Positions 15,001 to 25,425 of a stretch of DNA of 64,000 bases are shown piece after piece. The notes under the pieces were generated by a model that was not told where the DNA came from, searched no databases, and worked only from the letters and a program-made list of their open reading frames with translations. Position 1 is the stretch's first letter; the number at the start of each line of letters is the position of its first letter. Source of the DNA: Lenisia limosa (taxonomy: Eukaryota; Protista; Breviatea); NCBI GenBank assembly GCA_001655205.1, contig LPNZ01007654.1, forward strand, positions 1 through 64,000, written 5' to 3'. The translations under genes were made by a program, and so were the position numbers.

Positions 15001-18000
15001 TCACTTCGGCTCAATAAAAGACTGAATTTCTCCATGAATCCGAAAACTATCGGTATTTTGCCAGTCTTTTTCGAACCTAAGTAAAACCCTACAGGAAGCA
15101 GACCCCCACCTCAGCAACCCTGCCGCATGGCTCCCCCACCTCAGCAACCCTGCCGCATAGCTCCTTCGTGTAGTCCTTGATGTCCTTGAGATACGCCGTG
15201 TTGATGGCGTCCGAGAATCGCGAATAGAACGGGGCAATGTCCCCTGCTGACGCTGGCGACCTGTCGTGTCAAAAATGCCCAAAGAATCGGAAAAAAGGGC
15301 AAAAACATGAGAGAGAGAAAGTGAGAGGCAGGCAGAGACAAAGGTGTCAGGGGTGCTCACATTTTGATGATTTGATCTATGATGGGTTCTTTTGAAGTGG
15401 CTTTGTTGAGGGCATAACTCACCAGTCGTGATGATAGGAACTGTGGGTGTGGGTGATGATATTGATTAAAAAGTTTGTGGCATGTAAAATCGTAGCTGAT
15501 GAAAGGCGTTCAACTACATCAAGAACACAGCTTACGGCGTTCTCAGGGGAGGCCGAGAGAGCTGTCGAAACCTTGACCAGGATCTCCTGGGGGCTTTGCT
15601 CATTGAAGGGCTGGCCTGAGTGGGTCATTTATTGGACCTGTCAATGTCTTTACCAACCAGAGAGCCAATGGAGAATGCCAGAGTCCTGCAGCAGCTGGAA
15701 GCCTGAAACGGCTCTTTCCGCATCAGTTGTTGTCATGGATAAGGTGGCCTTATCTGTGGAGTCAGGGGGGAGTTGCTCCTGTTTCGCCAGATGTCATTAA
15801 GAGCTCAGCACAATCCAACCTCGACCGTCAAGAAGGGCCCAAATCTCAGTGTTACAAGACTCAATGATGGGAGATAGCACCCTGTCAACAGCTATGGTGT
15901 GATGAGGCTGCAAAGAGACACAAGAGCAAAGAGACACAAGAGGAATCCAACTCAACTATTAGCAAAAACGGACATGCCAGGTTCACGGCACAATTTAGTA
16001 ATAACCTCCAATAGATGCACCACTCGGATCTGAATCGTGACGTTCGGTAATGGTTACTTCTTCAGAGTCCAATTCCTCAATCTCCCCACCTTCAATTTCT
16101 GAGTCTCTGCAGCAAGTTCCATGGGTATGTCCAGTTTCGAGGGCAGCATAATGGCATGAGCCACCGCCACCATCCACCCGGGGTAGCCTGTTTAATGAGT
16201 TGTGGGTGGGGAAGTTGTAAAGGCGTATACCCACCTCCCGGGCCGTGCTTCTCAGTGATGGGCAGAGTGTGGGGGTCTGATTCCAGAAGAGCCAGTACCA
16301 AACGTAGGGCGTCTAACGGGTCAATTATGTACTACACTGATACAGAGACCGCGAGCAGCCGCCNNNNNNNNNNNNNNNNNNNNNNNNNNNNNNNNNNNNN
16401 NNNNNNNNNNNNNNNNNNNNNNNNNNNNNNNNNNNNNNNNNNNNNNNNNNNNNNNNNNNNNNNNNNNNNNNNNNNNNNNNNNNNAGATAAGAGAATATTA
16501 TATTGGAAGCAGGGCTTCACTTCGGTTCAAAAAAAGACGGAATTTTCCGATAAATCCTCGAAAACTATCGATATTTTACCGATCTTTTTCGAACCGAAGT
16601 GAAGCCCTAATTAGAAGGGGTACAACTTTCAGTAACACAGGGTACCATGCATTTGATATCCGTTGTATATCCCCTCCCCCCACCGCATCAGGGACATGGA
16701 GCATGCATATGTGACGGAAGAAGAACGTGAGAGCGGCGGCGGCATGGTCCTTCCCGCCAACGTGAAGTGGCCTTGGTCATGTCAATCGACAGTCAAAGAC
16801 AAGCAAGGCTCGAAACACAGGATTACACAACCCCGATGGCCAAAGAAAAGGCTTGATACTAAGACTAAGATTACAGGGCTTGATACTAAGACTAAGATCA
16901 CAACCTCCCCCACAATGAAATATCCCTCGGGACCTCGGATGCCGGTGTGGTCCAGCACTCGCGGGGGTTCACAATTTTGTTCTCTAAAAGCCAAACCCAG
17001 GCTGTGAAGATCGGCGCCGTGCATGAGAGAAAGTCGTTATACTGGAGTGGTAAGAGCGTGCATGAGAGAAAGTCGTTATATTGGAGTGGAAAGAGCGTGC
17101 ATGATGATGAGTAAACGTAACGATTGAAAGAAAGAACAAAACACACTAGATCCTCCTGTTTCCAAGGTTTCTGTTGAACATCACCCACCTCAGATATGCC
17201 AGCAGTTGAAAGCGTCTCGGGGGTCACCGGGGGTGGTAGCGTAGTGAGGTTCGACATCAGTAGAGCATAACCGTTGTCTACTTCTTTCACTAACTGAAAG
17301 GGGGTAACTCTCAAAACCAGACAAGCATCAATATGTCCAGATCAGGCCGAAGATGATTATCGCCGCCCACTCTGTCCGACACATAGGACTCCAGCGAGGC
17401 GTTAAGTGAGGTCAAGGGAGCCAAAGACGACAATGTGCTCAATGCAGCTCTTCTGAGAGGGTCGAAACGGCTTGTAAAAGCGGATTTGAAGAGCCACCTG
17501 TAATGTCAGAGCATTATAGGAAATCGGAGTGGCCGACTTGCAGAGGTCGCGAGTACTACTTGGCCCGTCACGAGACTCAGATGCCATCAGAAGCTTGGGT
17601 CTCTCCTGAACTATGCGCACCATATGGCTGATTGCCTCCATCGTCACAACAAATACTCCTGGCAATTGTCAGATACACTCTTATTAACAACATAAATGAG
17701 CTATAATAATACTGTATATCAGCCATTAGTTATCCGCATCTGCTACCAAAAGTCCAAAACAACGCAAAACTCTCTGACCTCCGCTCTCATCAGATGCGTC
17801 GATCTCCAGTGAGTTGACCAGCATTTTAATGAGCCCCAGGGTGTGGTACTTGACGACCGCGTCCGACTCCCTGCAATATCAAATCGGGGGGGGGGGTAAG
17901 CTTCCACAGCTGATTGGACACCAACTTCTGAGTCGGAGTGATGAACAAGATAACATGTGGGCGAAGATTTATTCTTGTAGTTATGCCCTGCAGTACTTTG

Positions 18001-21000
18001 CATGATGATGACTAATGAAACAACGTAGAAAATGAAGGTCAGATGTGCGAAAAGGACCCAAAAGGTACAATTGCAAGATTTCCTATATTGCCCACCTAAA
18101 AGACCGGTAAATCTTGTTCACGGCTGTGGCAGCGCCAAGTTTGGCCTTTGCTGTGGGGTGGGCAGACAGGGACTTGATCTGTCTAAGGAGGTTCCTCACT
18201 TGGATGGGGCTCTTCGAGTCCTGCAAGAGTCAATCACAATCCAAACAGTGACATTAGAAGACAGAACAATCCAAACGGTGACATTAGAAGAGAGAGCAGT
18301 GTCAGCTTACAGCCTGTTTAATAGCCCATTTGATGAACTCGTCAAGCAGGCTGGCAGCAAAGACTCTTCTTCCGGCGTCATTCGTCGATTCTGTGTGTCA
18401 AAATGGGCCACAAAAAGAGGGAAAATGGGAGTTCTGAGTTTGATGCTCACGAAGATCCTCAATGATAAGCTGAATGAACTGGACAGCCTCGGGCTTATCG
18501 GAGCGGTGTTTAGTGAAGAGACGGGCCAATTGGAGGGCAAGACGCTGGAAGAGGCTTGATGTGATCTATATATGATCAGATCTTAAGGATCTATATATGA
18601 TCAGATCTTAAGGGGTTATTAGATAAGATAGAAAATATCATTTGGATTGCAAAACCAGCGCCGACTCTTTCGGGGTCGGAAGCTAGCTTGAGAATGGCAT
18701 CTAAGATGACGTTGTAAAGTGGGAGATAGGCTGGGTTGTCTTTTCGAGCCAAGAGGGCAAGTACTGGTTAGTTAGCAACAACAGTGACTCTTTTTCACCC
18801 CACTCACCAATAAAATGCAACAGTTCACCCCACCCACCAATACTATGCAACAGTTCAGAAGCTGCAACTTTCTGAGATCTGAACGGTTAAATTGGAGTAA
18901 TATAGAAAAGGATCCCTGATAGCAGAGTTTATATTATACCACTTCTGACCTCACCTGATAGCAGAGTTTTCAGCGATTTCAATGACAGGTCTGATCACAA
19001 GACTCAGGTCAAACTTGATGTTCAGCTCCAAAAAGGGGAGCTCAAATCGGAGTTCGGGAAGGGGGGCTGGGATGTCCGTGTCTCTATGGTGGTGTGAGCA
19101 TTGGAACACTTGCCACAAATAACAAGCAGACAAACAGAGTAGAATTATCCCCAACAGAGCAAAGGAAAGAAAATCCCGAGAAGCAAAAGACCTACAACAC
19201 CTCCCACTCCTCAGCAAGAACGTCCACAACACCTCCCACTCTTCAGCAAGAACGTCCACAACACCTCCGAGACGACCAAGGAAGTCTACAATGTTGTCCC
19301 GATGTCTGATACCTGGAATATATTATGGATGTGCTAAACAACGGAAGGATTAATGATAGCTTAGCAAGCCTCACGAGAAAACATAAATGTCGTATTGTTT
19401 TTTCTATCATATCACCAATTAGAGATATTGGAGTATAGAATTATATTAATTCACCCAAAACCAATTATAATAGTACGATTATCATATCATATGATATATC
19501 ATATACTATATCTATATCTATCAATATCTATATCTATATCTATATATCATATATATAGTATATCATATAGTATGATATGATATCTATAAAAATACTATAA
19601 CATAATAATATTTTATATCGGTGTCCTATCTTAAACTGGGGTTTTGAGATAGCCATCGAACGTTTCTGCACGGTAGTCTCTCCAAGCGCCTTCTTCATTG
19701 TGTAGAACCCATGCTTGGTCTTGACGGGCTTCGAGACTTGGTCCATGCGTGCCTGAGAGTGTAAGGTCTCGACCATTTCCGAGTTAAACACGCCCGGTTA
19801 CTTGGTCATCGTCGGTTTTGGAATCGCTGAGGAAAGCAACAAGGGACTTGAGGAGACTCGGCATGTACGGCCTCATGAGGTCGGGGTAGGCATGGTGCCA
19901 CCTCTGGATGCCTGATAGTGCAGCATCGGCTAGGAGGTTAGGATTGTTGGTGATATGGGTAGACTGAGACCCATTATCAACTGTAAAACGTATCTATTCT
20001 GTTAGTTGCTCTCTCTCTTCCTGCTGTATATTTAGGGTTTCCCTACGGTCCAAAAAAGACCGGTTAAGTATCGACACTTATCGAGGATTTATCGAGACAC
20101 ACAGGCTTTTTTGGTCCGTAGGGAATCCCTATATATGATAAATATCATATACAGTGCATTTAGATCCATCCCACCCGTTTCATGGAAAGAAAGACCAAGC
20201 TTCATTGCTGCAGGTACTGCCGCACATACCCCACTACAATGCTCTACAAAGAGCGCGACAGGTACGCTGCAAATCACCTGCAGGAATCGATAAGGAAAAA
20301 ACAATCATAAACTCCAACGAAGATGACACCCCTATCTTCAAGAAAGCCGAATCCAATTCTAAGATGACACCCCTACCCTCAAGCAAGCCGAATCCAATTC
20401 GCCGACATAATGCACGCGGCGCTGGAGGACCTGAACAGTCAAAGGGGCGTGCTATGTGTTAATGGAAAAGGAGCGTGCTATGTGTTCGCTTCCACAAATG
20501 AGTTGTCTGATCACTGAACAAACCTCTCCAATGAACAACGAGAAGATTTCATGCTGGTGCTTAGATACGACAGGAGCGTTGATGGCTTCTCTTTGGAACG
20601 TGTTTTGGATGTTCGCAGTCTGAGTGTCAAATTTTGGGTTAACGCTTATACGTGAGGTATCACTATCAGATAAAGAACGCTGGTTGTTCATTACTTGAAG
20701 TTACTTTGGTCATAGCCCACAAACCGTGAGGCACGCTGCAAAGAGGCGATACCATCCACTGACAAGAGGCACCTACGGAATAAGCCTCGCAAAACAGTAC
20801 AATTGAGATCCCAGTTTTCGCACCTGTGTAGATTGCTGGCAGCATGTTCGGGCAATGAGGGTCAGCCACCTTTCTGTATACTACAACAATGAAACACTCA
20901 TAAAGCCTATTGACATACATACAACGCTCATGCACCCACCTTTACAAAAGGAGCCGAGGGCAGTATCCGTTCACAGAAGAGCGAGAGATGAAGGAACAGC

Positions 21001-24000
21001 TCCTGGTCCCTATCATTCACGGCCTTGAGCTTCTCACCAAGGTCTATTGCTGGACACATGTCGTCTGGAGGGTCACGTGACGGTTGCTCACTCCCACCTT
21101 TTTTGTTGGAAGAGTTTGGTGTAGAGGAGTCGTCAGCATTTTTGTGGTATCGCAGCTCCAAGTGCTACATGGTGGTGAAATCAAGGAGATCATCATCGGC
21201 ATTGAGTTGGCATATCAGTTACACAGTCCCCCCAAACAGTAGCCATATCAATAATGGAGGTAACAACACAGTCGGCCACCGCTGATCTGACTTGATCTTG
21301 GACCTCAACAGGGCAGTCTAGAGGGGTGGTGAACTCGATCAAACTAATAGGCTTGATTGGTAAGTACAGGTTGGAAAACAAATTCAGCAATAGGGGGCAC
21401 AACTTTAACAATAGGGGGCACAAAATTGTACTAGCTTACCCATTGCAGCGCTGTAATTCTTCGGTTTCACCAACTCTTCCCAAAGTTCGATATAGTGGGT
21501 GTAAAGGGGCTCACTAGGAGGCTCAACTTGTTCCACCTAAATTAGTGAATTATGTTTTATTCAGCCATTTCTGAAGATACTATGGTAGCACATACTTAAT
21601 TAAAACGTGTACAAATTTCTTCCCAGTAAAGCACACATGTCTAGGAATTTCCTACTGAATATCTAGATGATCCTCGATAAAAATATTGATAGGCCGGAGG
21701 GAAACCTTACACACTACAAATATAATCATACCTCTTCAGGATTGGCCTCATCATCTTCCTCCAGAAAATCATCCGCTCCAGGGGCTGTGAATGTGAACAC
21801 AGACAACCATACGTATGGTATGATATACTATGTGTTAATATGACAATCCCAAGACCCCCCATGCAAACCGTTCTCCAGAACATCCTCGAGCGCTACCCCT
21901 GAAAATGGTCAAAATTGTGGTAAGAAATATGTGGATGTCCCCCGGGCTATCTCAGTACATACCTACAGGCGCGTCTTCGGTATCATCAGTTAGCTCGGTG
22001 GAGGAGCATGTCAGAACCAAGCCAGCTGAAACTGCAGAGGAGGAAGGAGTAAAATTGGAAAATTCATCAAACAAAAAAGCCCAAATCAAGGAGGGGAGGG
22101 GGGGGGGTCATAAAACAAAAGACGATTGATAGACACTCTACTGTTGTTACATAATGCTATGGTGGCAGAGATCATTCATACTTGAGTTGGACAGGAAGCT
22201 GTAAAAAGCAGGTCCGGTGGAGTGAAGCGCCACCAGCACACAACAAAGGGCCTCCAATGATCGGAACCTTAATTTGCGACTTACTCCTGGGGGGGGGGGA
22301 GTAAATAAACCGCAATATCAACATAAATATCAATCATAACAGTAACGTTATTTGGACCAAAATTACAAGGGCGCACTTGGATAGAGGGTAAACAAGATGC
22401 CAGTGAGGCTTTCAAGCCCTGCCAAAGCCCCTGCGTCGATTGCTGAAGAGTCCAACGCCGATATCATTCCTACAACGTAACAATCGTTACCCGACCAGTA
22501 AAATGGATTCTTAAACGTAGCTTTGGCCAGCAGGAAACCCGTACCTGCCAGGCCTCGGAGGAAAGGTGACAGATGGATGACGCTGTCTTCAACCTCCTCT
22601 AGTCGGCCATTGAATAGCCGGTTGCTGGGCGTGTGAAAAATAAGGGGGAAGGTAGCTGGAAACAATTCTTGTTACTATTTTTAAAGAAGCTTTATCATCA
22701 TTATGTTCAAAGGGTTTCGATAACAAGTGCCAACCTGAGTGCGAAAAGCGCCTGTAGATCGGATTGGAGTCTGGCTTCTCCCTAAAAAGTCAGAACCGAA
22801 AATATAGCCCCTTAGAACCCGCCATCTCACCTTCAGGATATAACCCTTAGAACCCGCCTCACCTTCAAGATATAGCCCCTTAGAACCCGCCTCACCTTCA
22901 AGATATAACCCTTAGAACCCGCCATCTCACCTTCAGAACCAGTGTAGCTGGGGACAATTTGCCGTATCCTCTGACCGCGACAGCCACGTGAGTTCGGTCC
23001 GAAGATTCACTGTATGTGTGCAGCTGGTACATAATCGTATCGTATACCTAATAGTTAGCATAACGTGCGATAAAGGGTCTATAATATTACAGTGTTCCTG
23101 TCATACTTCCATATTCTTTTTGTTGTCCTTCCCTCCTGCAACAAGGGTGTCTACATGCATCAATGTGCAACGATTTGTTCCCCAAGCAAAAAAAGCCAAC
23201 CTGAAAGATGTACCATGAAGGCGTCTGTGGCTTCCAGTGCAGTATTTCGTAACTTCTGGTTCTTATGGGTTGAAAGTCTGTACTGTTACACCAGCAACAA
23301 CTAAACATACGAGATCAATTCTTTGGACAGTTCAGTTGCCTTGGAACAAAGTAATTCGGCAAAAGCGTCACTATGATTGGCAATCAGATTTAGCAGCGCA
23401 ATGGGAGCAGAGTAGCGACTCAAATTTGACGTGGCTATGTTGTGAGTTGCGAAATGACACCCCACATGGAAGGCCAGTGACCATGGCTTTGAAGTAAACC
23501 TTCAGTGTATTCGACTCCTTCAATTCTAAACCGTCAGCAATGTCCAAAGTTGTTTCAATNNNNNNNNNNNNNNNNNNNNNNNNNNNNNNNNNNNNNNNNN
23601 NNNNNNNNNNNNNNNNNNNNNNNNNNNNNNNNNNNNGTGAAACACGCCTCTAAAATGTGCAGATCAGTGTCGCGGGTGGGGTCTTCCATTTCCTTCTCCA
23701 GCATCAGAACCAAACGCCGCATCAGCTGAAACGGTTAATGTTGGTACAACAAGCATACATAGTGTATAATATGAAACCTAAAACCATAAACTATCTACTA
23801 TAATATGATATGTATACATGTATTACTATGAGCATAAGACTTGATAGACAAATCAAATTATTTTTATCTAATAGTTTTACATATATATATCTGAAGAATA
23901 TTCCTTTTGATAATATCTTACAATTTTAGCAATTTATAATTCATCTCTTGGTATATGGGCATATGAGTCTGATTTTGTTTTATATTATTGAGTAAACGTA

Positions 24001-25176
24001 TCCTTCAACTACCACACCCAACCAACTCTCGGAGCTAGAGTGTCCGCAAAAGAGTCCGGAAAAGTAGCGACGATGGTGGCCATAGCGCTCAATGCCATTC
24101 CCCGCACGGTGCTTCCTAAAGTGGCTCGGTTCGAGAGACCTTCCATTCTAATTGCCTGTTAGGTTCTCGTGTCGATAGATTGGGGCTTGAGTTTGCAATG
24201 TAAATTTGCTAACTCGTTGTGAACCGCGAAATGCTTTAGTAAATAGCACAATACCATAAATACATAAAGACCCGATCGTAAGCTAACCGTTTGTACATGT
24301 CCGGAACTTTAAGTTCGTCAGCGTTGGCTTTTGACTGGCAAATCTCAAGACTCTGTCATCCAAAAATTAATTCAAAAATGAAACAACAACACGTTTCTCT
24401 TTTGAAAAAAGTTTTCTACTTGCACCAAATATACCCTCATCAATAGCTCCACGAACCCATACCTTGATGACCACTGAGATCATTGCGGACAGAGCAGGCT
24501 TGGATTCCTCTTGAAATGTCAACAGGTTCAGCTCGTTCTAGGCCATCAGTACAAATACAATATTTCAAAAGTATAAAGGTTTTATCTAGACGAAGCCGTC
24601 CACACTTTCACATTTTTAATGATATGATATTAATTAGAATAAATGGGGAAGGTAAACAATTCCCTTATACCCCACCCACAAATATGACAGCACATTGGGA
24701 GGAACTGAGTTTTTTGTGTGTATCAAGGAAGTCACAGAGAATCTTACAAATCTCTGTTCGCCCCTGTTGATGTAAGATTTTAAAAACAAATTGGGTGAGA
24801 GCTCATATTATTTATAGTAATGAAAGAAAGAAAGCAGAGTAATTATGTATCAGAATGTAACTGATAGAAGAATCACCTTGGCATTCACTTTGTCTGATAT
24901 CACATTTTTGAGAATAACAAACACTCCCTTCTGGGCATTAAGAAGCAAACTAAGAACAGCATCTAAATGATGAATTGGTTGCTTTTGCTTATGTAAAATT
25001 CATTATACATGGTATAGGGGGAGTAGCCCACCAAGATTCTCAGTGCAGGAGTTGACTTCTGCCCCCAGAGTGCTGACGTTTTCAATGAAAACAATGCCAT
25101 CATTAGCCGATGCCACGACGTCAACAATCCTGTCTAAGGACTGTTGCACCCTGGACAGTGCGAGTGTGGTCGACAT
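1..25176 (-). CDS. PRKDC: DNA-dependent protein kinase catalytic subunit-like (PIKK family), multi-exon; 3' part including the kinase domain runs off the window start
   Basis: Spliced exons give collinear matches to DNA-PKcs: YREGELPDIQIPNHDVLRPLCALVA (~4930-5005; human [24 protein letters not shown]); TKWFIANIIVKLSEYFKPYAKLWF (~9725-9800; cf. [24 protein letters not shown]); EPLHYLARDVLNVLFYEW; FSAFNVDSGWAPRPTLTPLF; LYNVILDAILKLASD; DQELFLHLSLFCERILP. Putative start ATG at 25176 (MSTTLALSRVQQSLDRIV). Several exons are hidden in N gaps. Confidence 0.9.
5771..5956. repeat. Intronic tandem repeat, ~45-50 bp unit, about 4 copies
   Basis: GGTAGATTCCTAAACAATAAAGGTCCGTGGTGAACATGAACA repeated. Confidence 0.9.
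7416..7523. repeat. Intronic degenerate tandem repeat (GAGGATTGAAAAGATT)n
   Basis: Directly visible. Confidence 0.85.
8529..8628. mobile_element. ~100 bp MITE, subfamily A, in a PRKDC intron
   Basis: TAGTGCTTCACTTCGGTTCG...GAACCAAAGTGAAGCCCTA terminal inverted repeats; closely similar to the copy at 16510-16609. Confidence 0.8.
9003..9113. repeat. Intronic tandem repeat, ~40 bp unit x3
   Basis: AACCCAGGACAACAGAGCACT(G/C)TGCAATTAGGGTTCA repeated. Confidence 0.9.
9996..10084. repeat. Intronic 30 bp tandem repeat x3, abutting a MITE
   Basis: AACATGGAGGCAAGCCAAACACCAGATAGC x3. Confidence 0.92.
10089..10188. mobile_element. ~100 bp MITE, subfamily B, in a PRKDC intron
   Basis: TAGGGCTTCCCTATGGTCC...GGACCGTAGGGAAGCCCTA; the internal AAAAAGACGGAATTT..CGATAAATC core is shared with subfamily A. 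Confidence 0.8.
14994..15091. mobile_element. ~98 bp MITE, subfamily A (diverged)
   Basis: TAGGGTTTCACTTCGGCTC...GAACCTAAGTAAAACCCTA; flanks CATGGAAG / CAGGAAG. Confidence 0.75.
16510..16609. mobile_element. 100 bp MITE, subfamily A, with a near-perfect 8 bp flanking duplication
   Basis: CAGGGCTTCACTTCGGTTC...GAACCGAAGTGAAGCCCTA; flanks ATTGGAAG / ATTAGAAG (7 of 8 match). Confidence 0.85.
20033..20131. mobile_element. ~99 bp MITE, subfamily B, opposite orientation
   Basis: TAGGGTTTCCCTACGGTCC...GGTCCGTAGGGAATCCCTA; the internal TCGAGGATTTATCGAG is the reverse complement of the core in the other copies. Confidence 0.8.
22801..22937. repeat. ~33-35 bp tandem repeat x4 containing a splice-donor motif
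   Basis: ATATAGCCCCTTAGAACCCGCCATCTCACCTTCAG x4; the gene (minus) strand reads GAAG|GTGAG in each unit. Confidence 0.9.
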
Positions 25177-25425
25177 GACGCGACCTCAAAATGGGAACAA
25201 CTTCCCCTATCTGTTGACCAGTATCTTAATAACCAATCAAGATATTCCAGTTTTGTTCTCTTATTATACTATATTATACTATTAACAGTATTTCTACGCT
25301 AAGAGGCGAGAAAAGGGAAAAACTGGGCCAGCAAGCAAGACCAACAAAAAGGAATTTGGAACCCCAGTACCCGGGTCATATAAAAAAAAATTCGATGGTT
25401 AAAATTTCAACGAGGATCATTCAAA

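Noticed and set aside
8529-20131. Repeated ~100 bp palindromes or short tandem repeats as a CRISPR array
   Set aside because: The copies are dispersed kilobases apart in eukaryotic introns, with no regular repeat-spacer structure and no cas genes.
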